Positions 7,628 to 15,149 are shown, counted from the stretch's first letter. The stretch is DNA of 19,366 bases from Candidatus Micrarchaeota archaeon (GCA_027319905.1 DAHVMJ010000015.1:1-19366), one strand, 5' to 3'. Made by a program: numbers and translations. Notes: generated from the letters alone by a model not told the origin.

Positions 7628-8466
7628 AGGCCTGCACCTCTTGCAATCATCTCGACAGCCAGCACTACAAGTATGAGCATAAAGATGACCCTCACCTCCC
7701 TGCTCTGCGTCCTCTCGAAGACCCTCGAGCCCAGATATGCCCCGATCAGCACTCCGATGGCCGTGATGCCTGCAAGGAACGGCTGGATATATCCCATCTC
7801 CCAGAAGATAACGCTTCCTGCAGCTGCGGTTACGCCTATCATGAAATTGCTCGTGCTCGTGCTTACCTTAGTCGGAAGCCTCATCGCCCAGTCCATGCCA
7901 AGCACCTTCAGCGCTCCGGAACCTATGCCCAGTATCCCGGAAAAAAGACCGGCGAAGAACATGATGAACTCTCCCATCCACCATCTTACTCCGTGATAAC
8001 GGATCCGCCTTCCCGACGCCTCATCAAAGTAATCTCCGCGCAGCTGGAAACGCTCAGTGGTCGCATCAGGCGGCGTGCGCGTCTTCCTTCCTCCAGACCT
8101 GGCCATGAGGTATACGGAAAAGAGTATCACGATCCCGAACATCACGAACACAATGAAACCCAGGTGCAGGAAGTAGATGAAGCCCACGAGAAGCGCCCCG
8201 GCGATCGCGCCGAGCGTCGTCGCTATCTCCAGCGACATGCCTATCTTGACGTTTGTTATCCTATCCTTGATGTACGCGCTTCCCGCCCCACTTGACGTGG
8301 CGATGGTGGCTATGAGACTTGCTCCTGATGCATAGGCGATAGACACGCCCGAGAAGAGGGTAAGTAAAGGCACCAGTACGACCCCACCGCCGAGTCCTGT
8401 CAGCGCTCCGACAAAACCCGCTGCCACGGCAGCAAGCAGGACGAACAAGGACGAGACTACGAGCAT
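7624..8466 (-). CDS. Sulfite exporter TauE/SafE-family permease
   Basis: AGFVGALTGLGGGVVLVP and AGLFSGILGIGSGALKV...STSTSNFMIGVTAA. Start moved to ATG 8466, which follows GGAGGTGG and avoids overlap with proS. Confidence 0.9.
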   Translation of the reverse strand: MLVVSSLFVLLAAVAAGFVGALTGLGGGVVLVPLLTLFSGVSIAYASGASLIATIATSSGAGSAYIKDRITNVKIGMSLEIATTLGAIAGALLVGFIYFLHLGFIVFVMFGIVILFSVYLMARSGGRKTRTPPDATTERFQLRGDYFDEASGRRIRYHGVRWWMGEFIMFFAGLFSGILGIGSGALKVLGMDWAMRLPTKVSTSTSNFMIGVTAAAGSVIFWEMGYIQPFLAGITAIGVLIGAYLGSRVFERTQSREVRVIFMLILVVLAVEMIARGAGL

Positions 8467-8485
8467 ATCTGCTTCCACCTCCTTT

Positions 8486-9958
8486 TCAGTATGATCTTGC
8501 GAAATTTGCCATGAACTTCGCGCTTTCACCGCAGACTACGCACTTTCTGCCTTTAGCCTTGTCCTGCGCGCCGAAAGGCATGTTTGTTATCTTCGCTCCT
8601 GTTTCTTCTTTGGCTTTCGCCTCGCACTCTGCCGAGCCGCACCACCCTGCCTGGGCTATGCCGCCGCGTTTGCCTTCCACGATTTTCTTAAGCTCTGCGT
8701 ACGTCTTTACTTCGTGGATGTTCTCCTCCAGGAACTTCACCGCTCTCTTGTAGAGGTTATCGTGTATCTCTCCAAGCAGATCCGTCGTCTCCTTCTCAAT
8801 ATCTCCAAGTCTTACGTCACGCTTTTCCGATGTGTCTCTCCTGACGGTCACCACCTTCCCGGCCTTGATGTCCCTCTCTCCTATCTCTATTCTCAGGGGC
8901 ACACCCTTCAGTTCCCAGTCGTTGAACTTCCATCCGGGAGAATAGGCATCGCTGTCGTCAAGGTAGACCCTCGCAGACTTTGAAACCCTGTCCCGCAGCG
9001 CCTTCGCTTCCTTCAGCACCGATTCCTTGTTCTCGTTGCTGTATATCGGAACTATTACTACCTGGATTCTCGCAACATGCGGAGGCAGTATGAGCCCTTT
9101 GTCGTCTCCGTGCATGGCTATCATGGCCCCCAGTTCCCTTGTGCTGAATGCGAACGTGTTCTGGTAAGCGAACTCTTTCTTTCCTTCTTTGTTGATGAAT
9201 TCGATTCCGAATGCCTTGGAGAACCTCTGTCCGTCGCTATGGAAATCAGGTCCCTGCATCGTCCAGCCGTCCGGGACGAGGTGCTCTATGCTGTAACTCG
9301 CCTCGGCTCCAGCGAACTTCTCAGAGTCTGTCTTCCTGCCAGTTATTCCAGGAAGCGCCATGTAGTCTTTGAGGACCCTCTGGTATATCCCGAGTATCTC
9401 GTCTCTCTCAGCGTCCGCTTCGGTCCTTGATGAGAACACGGTATGGCCCTCGTTCCAGAGGAACTCTCTGGTCCTGAAGAGCGGCGTTGGGTGTTTGAAC
9501 TCCCACCTTAATACCGAGTTCCACTGGTTAAGTCGCATCGGTAGGTCCCTCCAAGATCTTATCCACTTAGCGAAGTTCTCGTACATTATCGTCTCCGAGG
9601 TCGGCCTCACGGCTAGCCTCTCATCGAGCTTCGATTTGCCCGTATGCGTCACCCACGCGACTTCCGGGCTGAAACCCTCAACGTGTTCCTTCTCCTTCTC
9701 GAGCAGATGTTCTGGTATGAGCGTCGGGAAGTAGACGTTTGCTATGCCCAGACGTTTGAAAGCAGCATCTATCTCACGCTGTACCGTCTCCCATACGAAG
9801 TATGCGTCTGGTCTGAAGGCCAGGCATCCGGAAACGGCAGTGTAGTCTACGAACTCTGTTTTCTCTATAAGCTGCGTGTACCATTCAGAGAAGTTTTCTG
9901 CCTTCTTTGCAGTGATGCCCTTCTTCTCCGCTTCCTGCTTCACCATTTCCTCGTTCAT
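8486..9958 (-). CDS. proS: Prolyl-tRNA synthetase, archaeal/eukaryotic type
   Basis: NFSEWY, EHVEGFSPEVAWVT, VRPTSETIMY, WRDLPMRLNQW, FRTREFLWNEGHT, HGDDKGLILPP, C-terminal Zn site and ...FARSY. Start is uncertain (9946/9958/9964), not 10114. Confidence 0.97.
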   Translation of the reverse strand: MNEEMVKQEAEKKGITAKKAENFSEWYTQLIEKTEFVDYTAVSGCLAFRPDAYFVWETVQREIDAAFKRLGIANVYFPTLIPEHLLEKEKEHVEGFSPEVAWVTHTGKSKLDERLAVRPTSETIMYENFAKWIRSWRDLPMRLNQWNSVLRWEFKHPTPLFRTREFLWNEGHTVFSSRTEADAERDEILGIYQRVLKDYMALPGITGRKTDSEKFAGAEASYSIEHLVPDGWTMQGPDFHSDGQRFSKAFGIEFINKEGKKEFAYQNTFAFSTRELGAMIAMHGDDKGLILPPHVARIQVVIVPIYSNENKESVLKEAKALRDRVSKSARVYLDDSDAYSPGWKFNDWELKGVPLRIEIGERDIKAGKVVTVRRDTSEKRDVRLGDIEKETTDLLGEIHDNLYKRAVKFLEENIHEVKTYAELKKIVEGKRGGIAQAGWCGSAECEAKAKEETGAKITNMPFGAQDKAKGRKCVVCGESAKFMANFARSY

Positions 9959-10085
9959 AGACATACCATAAAAGCTTAATATCATGATATCAGTTAAGGG
10001 CCTGGGCAGAACGCCATTCTTTGGCTGCCAGAGTGCCTGTGCCCCAGATATATAAGTTTCTGGACAAATCCGTTTGCCCTTGGAG

Positions 10086-10430
10086 CTAGAAGACCGCGGC
10101 TCCCAGGGGTGCATCAGACTCCGGAGCGAGGTAGACGGTTTCCCCTTTCTCGTTCTTCACTCCAAGCAGCAGGAACTCCGACACCTCGCTGCCCATCTTC
10201 TTGCTGCCGACGTTCAGCAGCCCTATCACAAGTCTGCCCAGAAGGTCTTCTTTTCTGTAGTTCTTGTATGCGCCGCAGGTCGTTTTCAGACCCACCTCAT
10301 TTCCGAAGTCAACGCGCATCCTGTATGTTGGCTTCCTCGTTGCAGTCTCCTCTACAGAGATCACTCTGCCAACCCGCATATCCAAAGACTCAAATGCCGA
10401 AAAGTCTGTCTGCGACTTCCCCATGCTCAT
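10086..10430 (-). CDS. tRNA-binding OB-fold protein (Trbp111/CsaA/MetRS C-terminal-like)
   Basis: FESLDMRVGRVI...YRMRVDFG...DLLGRLVIGLLN...KKMGSEVSEFLLLG...APLGAAVF. Confidence 0.9.
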   Translation of the reverse strand: MSMGKSQTDFSAFESLDMRVGRVISVEETATRKPTYRMRVDFGNEVGLKTTCGAYKNYRKEDLLGRLVIGLLNVGSKKMGSEVSEFLLLGVKNEKGETVYLAPESDAPLGAAVF

Positions 10431-11035
10431 GATAGCATTTCCATTCTCTTAAGCCTTTTCTCCAAGTTCCTGCTGCCTCTGAACCATATCGCCTTCATGC
10501 CGACCCTGTTCGCTCCTGCAACATTCTCTATCTGGTTGTCTATGAACACAACCTCTCCGGCTCTCAAGGACATGGCATGCAGCGCATATTTGTATACGGC
10601 AGCGTCTGGCTTCCTCAGCCTTATATCGCACGAGGCGAACCTGTAGTCGAATAGGTTCAGGTAGGGCTTGAGTATCTTCTCCACCGTGTACGTGTACCTG
10701 GACCTGTCTGTGTTCGAGAGATAGCCCAGTTTGTAACTGCCGCTCAGCCTCTTGATCACATCAATCGTTCCGTTGATGAGCTTCGATTTTCTCTTATAGA
10801 AATCATACCAGCGCACCTGCTCTACGCGGATTCCAAGTTGGTTCGCGACCTGGCTATCGAAGAAACGCTGCGTCTTCGTGCCCTTGTCGATGTCTATTCT
10901 GATGTCATCATTTATCATGCGCCTTATTCTCGCAAACGGTTTGCCGCTCACCTTTACAAGATATGGATAATAGTCTTCCTCGTTGTAGAAGTCGACTATG
11001 ACGCCGCCTATGTCGAATAGTATGCATTTTATCAT
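10427..11035 (-). CDS. HAD-superfamily hydrolase
   Basis: MIKCILFDIGGVIVD (motif I), YLSNT, RKPD, VFIDNQIENV. True start is ATG 11035; the track's extension to 11182 runs through tRNA-Trp. Confidence 0.92.
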   Translation of the reverse strand: MIKCILFDIGGVIVDFYNEEDYYPYLVKVSGKPFARIRRMINDDIRIDIDKGTKTQRFFDSQVANQLGIRVEQVRWYDFYKRKSKLINGTIDVIKRLSGSYKLGYLSNTDRSRYTYTVEKILKPYLNLFDYRFASCDIRLRKPDAAVYKYALHAMSLRAGEVVFIDNQIENVAGANRVGMKAIWFRGSRNLEKRLKRMEMLS

Positions 11036-11059
11036 CAGAACCAGCGCGACTGCTCGGTA

Positions 11060-11066
11060 TTTTAAG
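11060..11066 (+). promoter_or_regulatory. Probable TATA box of tRNA-Trp (AT-rich core possibly shared with the divergent HAD gene)
   Basis: TTTTAAG ending 26 nt upstream of the tRNA 5' end, same geometry as at tRNA-Gln. Confidence 0.55.
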
Positions 11067-11091
11067 ATTAATAGCTTATGCTCTACTGCAA

Positions 11092-11231
11092 GGGGTTGTG
11101 GCGTAACCTGGCAGCGCGGCAGGCTCCAGATGTTTACAAGTATTGAGCCTTTGGCGATGATTAGGATTTGGAGCGGATCCAAAGTGATCGGGCGTAACCT
11201 GCATGTCTGGGTTCAAATCCCAGCAACCCCA
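11092..11231 (+). tRNA. tRNA-Trp(CCA) with a 67-nt intron at 37/38 (11130-11196), no encoded CCA
   Basis: Acceptor GGGGTTG/CAACCCC; anticodon stem GCAGG/CCTGC with loop CT-CCA-G|A; T arm CTGGG-TTCAAAT-CCCAG; relaxed bulge-helix-bulge (CTCC paired with GGCG, bulges AG|A and TA|A). Confidence 0.93.
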
Positions 11232-11244
11232 AATGGTATGTTTC

Positions 11245-11757
11245 ATGTCAGAAGGACTGAGCACAAACACCATACTGGACATATATTCCAGACTTCGGCA
11301 TGCGCTAAAATCCAGAAAGGTAGTTCTCGAAGGAGGCGCAGCAATAAAACTGCTAGTAAAAAGCAGTAGACTTGTGAGCGACATCGATGCCTCAACAGAC
11401 ATGCCCTATGTCGATTTCAAAAGGAAATTTAAAGAATTAGGATTGGTTGGTTTTAAATTTGTGCCAGCATCGATCGTCCTTTTTACTGATAATAAGACAA
11501 AAGCAGAACTGGATTTCGGATACAGAAAGGAATTCGGTCCGAGCAACGGCTACCTCGGCCTTACTCATAAAGATATAGTTTCTAAGGCGGTGGCTAAGAA
11601 TTTCAATTACAAAGGGGAAAAGGTTAGAGTGTTTATAATGACCCCTGAGCACCTGCTAGATAGAAAATTGAAGCTAATGATGCTTCCAGGCAGAAGCGAA
11701 CTAAAAAGGAAAAGAGACAAAGAAGACATAATCAGTATACTCGATAGATTCTACTAA
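11245..11757 (+). CDS. Nucleotidyltransferase-fold protein (AbiEii/DUF1814/MenT-like)
   Basis: VVLEGGAAIKLL....RLVSDIDA (GGxA...R.x.DxD) and C-terminal PEHLLDRK....R....KRDKED. Start at ATG 11245 (or 11233); the track start 11203 lies inside the tRNA. Confidence 0.72.
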   Translation: MSEGLSTNTILDIYSRLRHALKSRKVVLEGGAAIKLLVKSSRLVSDIDASTDMPYVDFKRKFKELGLVGFKFVPASIVLFTDNKTKAELDFGYRKEFGPSNGYLGLTHKDIVSKAVAKNFNYKGEKVRVFIMTPEHLLDRKLKLMMLPGRSELKRKRDKEDIISILDRFY

Positions 11758-11807
11758 ATTATTTAAGTTCCCAATTGCTACGTAAAGATCATATATCAGC
11801 AACCCCA
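11755..11807 (+). repeat. Cassette-end module copy 1 (conserved motif plus tRNA-Trp 3'-end copy)
   Basis: TAAATTATTTAAGTTCCCAATTGC...GATCATATATCAGCAACCCCA. The last 11 nt are identical to tRNA 11221-11231, and 17/21 match 11211-11231. Confidence 0.75.
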
Positions 11808-11932
11808 TCTCCTGAACTTGTCTTCGACTGCGGTAGTTTGTCGACAGGAGGAGCTTTGAACCCCGCAATGCTTTTGGGCGCAGAAAAGTAGCATATAAGG
11901 TTTAGCGTACCCAAATCATATGAGTGGAATCT

Positions 11933-12448
11933 ATGTCTAACGCTTTCGTAATAATAGACGCACAGAAGTATTTCATCAATGACTTTACTAAAGGAGTGCC
12001 TGAAAAGATAGCGAGGTTTGCAGAAAGGAAATTCGATTCTGTTATATTTTTGAAGTTCGTAAATGCAGAATCATCCAATTTCAGCAAGGATCTGGAGTGG
12101 AAGAAAATGTTCTCCTCACCAGAGATAGATATAGTCCCTGAGTTGGAAAATCTCGCTAAAAAGAGTGTTGTATTCTCTAAAACGTCCTTTTCTGCATTTA
12201 GATCTAAGGAGTTTGTTGATTTTTTGAGAGAGAATAAAGTGGACAGACTTTATATCTGCGGATTCGATACTGACGGATGTGTTTTATCTACGGCTTTAGA
12301 AGCGTTTGATCTAGGATATGCTGTGAGAGTGTTAGAAGATTTATGCGCCTCCCATCATGGGCCGGCTTTTCATAAGAATGCAGTAACAATCATGAGAAGA
12401 AACGCATGGAGTATAATCAGCAATTCTAACGGACTGACAATCATTTAA
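11933..12448 (+). CDS. Cysteine hydrolase (isochorismatase/nicotinamidase family)
   Basis: Catalytic triad motifs VIIDAQ, FSKTSFSAF and GFDTDGCV...EAFDLGY..VLEDLCAS; ATG at 11933. Confidence 0.92.
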   Translation: MSNAFVIIDAQKYFINDFTKGVPEKIARFAERKFDSVIFLKFVNAESSNFSKDLEWKKMFSSPEIDIVPELENLAKKSVVFSKTSFSAFRSKEFVDFLRENKVDRLYICGFDTDGCVLSTALEAFDLGYAVRVLEDLCASHHGPAFHKNAVTIMRRNAWSIISNSNGLTII

Positions 12449-12497
12449 CTTATTTAAGCCCCCAATTCGCATTTCACATACGTATCCCAGCAACCCA
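12446..12497 (+). repeat. Cassette-end module copy 2 (conserved motif plus tRNA-Trp 3'-end copy)
   Basis: TAACTTATTTAAGCCCCCAATTCGC...ATCCCAGCAACCC. The first 22 nt match copy 1 at 19/22; 12484-12496 is identical to tRNA 11217-11229. Confidence 0.75.
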
Positions 12498-12533
12498 AGT
12501 TTACCTTTGATACAGGTCTGGCGATTCAAACGC

Positions 12534-13112
12534 CTACTCTGGCCTAACGAAGCAGTTCCTGCATCTGGGTTCATAGGAATCCTTTCCACCTATCTGTATC
12601 AGCTCTCCAAAGACCTCCTTGCCATTTCTGACTCTCTGCGTGAAGGTGGCCTCCCCTCCGCATCTTACGCATATCGCAGTGAGCGAATGCACCGTGTCGG
12701 TCCTTGCCAGTATCTCCGAGGCGTTGCCAAACGGCTCGCCTCTGTGGGAGCGATTCAGGAGTGAAACGTATACCGTCTTGCCGCTGTCTGCAAGTCTGTC
12801 AAGAACCTCCGCAAGCGCTGCACCATCGCTCCAGAACTCCGCCTCATCTATCCCTATAGCCTCAAAACCCTTCCCAGAATCCTCAATCTGTTTTATGCCT
12901 TCCATGGATATGTTCACCCTTCTGGCAGGCAGCTTCATGCCTTTGTGCGTAGACACGCTGTCCTCGCCATACCTGTTGTCTATCTCTGGCTTGAACAGCA
13001 CAACGCTTCTGCCCGCCAGTTCCTCCCTCTCGAGGAACTCTATGAGCCTGGAGGTCTTTCCAGAGAACATCGGGCCCGTTATGGCTATTATCCTGCCAGA
13101 CCTGCCTGTCAT
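12534..13112 (-). CDS. tdk: Thymidine kinase (type II)
   Basis: ITGPMFSGKTSRL, FKPEIDNRY, IGIDEAEF, LTAICVRCG..ATFTQR, IGGKDSYEPRCRNCF. Start is between 13112 and 13121. Confidence 0.95.
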   Translation of the reverse strand: MTGRSGRIIAITGPMFSGKTSRLIEFLEREELAGRSVVLFKPEIDNRYGEDSVSTHKGMKLPARRVNISMEGIKQIEDSGKGFEAIGIDEAEFWSDGAALAEVLDRLADSGKTVYVSLLNRSHRGEPFGNASEILARTDTVHSLTAICVRCGGEATFTQRVRNGKEVFGELIQIGGKDSYEPRCRNCFVRPE

Positions 13113-13178
13113 GCGCATCAACCAGACCTGTCTACTTCTGAAACTATAAATGCTTTGTGAGGCAAAATATTACCTCAT

Positions 13179-13913
13179 ATGCAGGAGGGGAACGAAGACG
13201 GGGAGAGCGAGGAGAAAAAGCTCTCAAGGTTCAAGAAATCGCACGAGCTGGGCGAGAAGTTCGCCAGCGCTACGAAGGCGAACATGACTCTGAAGTCCGG
13301 AGGCTACGACCACCTCGAAAGCTCCGATTTCGATGGCGTGCATGAGGCGGTGGCAAAGAGCTACGAGCGCGCTGGCAAGAAAACAGGCACGATCGTATTC
13401 GGCGGCGGCTGCTTCTGGTGCACTGAGGCGGTGTTCCAGATGATGAAGGGTGTCATAGAAACAACGCCAGGCTACGCTGGCGGTACCACCGGCAGCCCCA
13501 CATATGACGAACTCGCATACAAAGGCAATCCCGGGGATCACACCGAGGTAGTCAGGATAGAGTACGATCCCAACGTGATGCCTCTCAAGACACTTCTGGA
13601 GATCTTCTTCGAGATGCACGACCCCACGCGAAACGACTTTCAGGGAATAGCAGACTATGGTGCCGCATACAGGTCGCTCATACTCTATACCTCGAACGAG
13701 CAGAAGAAGGTGATAGAGGAGTCGATGCGAGAGCAGCAGAAGAAGTATGCCAAACCGATACTCACAAGGGTGAAGAAGCTAGGGCGCTTCTACGAGGCTG
13801 AGGAGTACCACAAGAACTACTACAAGAACCATCCGTTGGAGCCCTACTGCCTGCTGGTCACAAGACCGGAGGTAAACAAGATAAAGAAGGAGTTCGCCGA
13901 GTACCTGAAATGA
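13179..13913 (+). CDS. msrA: Peptide-methionine (S)-S-oxide reductase with N-terminal extension
   Basis: FGGGCFWCTEA, GYAGG, HTEVVRIEYDP, HDPT, YRSLI, FYEAEEYHKNYY. Confidence 0.95.
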   Translation: MQEGNEDGESEEKKLSRFKKSHELGEKFASATKANMTLKSGGYDHLESSDFDGVHEAVAKSYERAGKKTGTIVFGGGCFWCTEAVFQMMKGVIETTPGYAGGTTGSPTYDELAYKGNPGDHTEVVRIEYDPNVMPLKTLLEIFFEMHDPTRNDFQGIADYGAAYRSLILYTSNEQKKVIEESMREQQKKYAKPILTRVKKLGRFYEAEEYHKNYYKNHPLEPYCLLVTRPEVNKIKKEFAEYLK

Positions 13914-13940
13914 GCCGCGCTCCCTGGTTCCTGCTTCCTG

Positions 13941-14465
13941 TCAGGCTACAGCAAGCCTCACTGTGGCGTTCCCGCAGCTGCCTCCCGAAGCGGGGCCGGT
14001 CGTGAACGAGACGTTGTAGTTGCCTATAGGCATGTAGAAGACCTTGCCTCCCGCGGTGCACGCGTTTGCGCTTATGCTGGTGTTGAACGGCGCCGAGGTG
14101 GTGTTGTGCTGCACTATCTCCAGAGTTGTTCCGCTGAAGCTGCCTCCGAACACGGTCACGTTGATCAGGCCTCCGATCCAGTTGCATGCGCCTTTTATGC
14201 GGTAATAAGAGCTAGATATCGAAGAGCTGTAACCGTCGCAGCTTGCCAGGTTGGGGCCTGTGGCCGTGGTCAGGTTGTAGACTATCGTTGTGGTTATGCC
14301 TGCTATCGTCATCGTTGTGAGGTTGTTTGTTGTAGTGGTCTGCTTTGCCGGAGAGCTGCCGCCCCCCATGCTCAGTATCACCACCGCAGCTATCAAGATC
14401 ACTACCACCACTCCGATGTAAATCAGAGAGTTGGTTCTTTTTGCTCTTCTTTTAGTTTCCGCCAC
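13941..14465 (-). CDS. Hypothetical membrane-anchored surface protein
   Basis: GTG start, basic N-terminus, single TM helix, Thr-rich linker, four Cys and several N-x-S/T sequons. Confidence 0.75.
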   Translation of the reverse strand: MAETKRRAKRTNSLIYIGVVVVILIAAVVILSMGGGSSPAKQTTTTNNLTTMTIAGITTTIVYNLTTATGPNLASCDGYSSSISSSYYRIKGACNWIGGLINVTVFGGSFSGTTLEIVQHNTTSAPFNTSISANACTAGGKVFYMPIGNYNVSFTTGPASGGSCGNATVRLAVA

Positions 14466-14591
14466 AGATCCACCGTGCTACCTATTTGCTAGCAATCAAT
14501 TTATAGGTTTGCATGCCCGCAGAAAAAACGCGGCCTGGTCAACGCCTTTGCTTGCTCCCGCTCTAAAGGGGCGGTGCCCTTCTCCAGAGGC

Positions 14592-15149
14592 CTAGCTCAC
14601 CAGCCTGTAGCTTATCCCTTTCGTCGCCTGTGCTATGCCAAAATCAGCGATCCCTCCGGCGATGTTCTCATTGATCACGTCTTGCGAGAGCGACATGAAC
14701 GTGCTGTGGTTCATCCTGACCGCGAAGGTCATTATGTTAGGCGCGCTGACTATCCCGTTCTCGGCCTGCAGCGTGTCGCTAGTCCCGTTCCAGATTACCG
14801 TAAGCTCCCCTATCGTCTTGTTGTTGCTCGCGTTGTAGTCGGTGACCTGCACGGCCCAGCTCACGTTCACGCTGATGTTGTACTGTTTCGCATACTTGCC
14901 AGCGTTCGCAAGGTAGAACTGCTTTATATTGCTCTCGTTGTTCTGCAGCTGCGTCAGCCTGCTGGCGAACTGCTGCTGCGGCGAGGGCTGTGATATGTGG
15001 AGTAGGCCTGCTATTGTGTTCCATATGCTGTTGAAGAAGTTTGAGAAGAAGTCGGTCCAGGAAAGAACGAGCTGATGCGCTCCAATGAACGGCGCGATCA
15101 GGGCAATGGGCACCGCTATAGCAAGTAGCGCCCCCCAGAAAGCCTTCAT
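14592..15149 (-). CDS. Hypothetical secreted/membrane protein
   Basis: Signal-like N-terminus MKAFWGALLAIAVPIALIAPF from ATG 15149 (alternative start 15182 overlaps the upstream stop). Confidence 0.72.
   Translation of the reverse strand: MKAFWGALLAIAVPIALIAPFIGAHQLVLSWTDFFSNFFNSIWNTIAGLLHISQPSPQQQFASRLTQLQNNESNIKQFYLANAGKYAKQYNISVNVSWAVQVTDYNASNNKTIGELTVIWNGTSDTLQAENGIVSAPNIMTFAVRMNHSTFMSLSQDVINENIAGGIADFGIAQATKGISYRLVS

Larger units (their letters stand above)
11232..12497 (+). mobile_element. AT-rich island at the tRNA-Trp 3' end: two tandem single-gene cassettes, no integrase
   Basis: Visibly lower GC than the flanks; partial direct repeats of the tRNA 3' end at 11797-11807 and 12484-12496 delimit units of about 576 and 690 bp. 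Confidence 0.65.

Noticed and set aside
9995..10060. Hairpin with a GAA bulge as an archaeal SECIS element or H/ACA RNA
   Set aside because: No in-frame TGA selenoprotein was seen nearby, the plus-strand orientation is opposite to the flanking genes, and there is no symmetric pseudouridylation pocket or K-turn.
11036..11244. N-terminal extensions of the HAD ORF (to 11182) and the NTase ORF (from 11203), plus ORFs 10998-11369 and 11076-11402
   Set aside because: They overlap the tRNA-Trp gene; the family motifs start at 11035 and 11245.
11755..12497. Repeats as a CRISPR array or IS ends
   Set aside because: Only two degenerate direct copies about 690 bp apart; no cas or transposase gene and no terminal inverted repeats.
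14466..14591. GC-rich hairpins in the intergenic region as an ncRNA
   Set aside because: Short stems plus a minus-strand T6 run and TATAAA are adequately explained as a terminator and a promoter.
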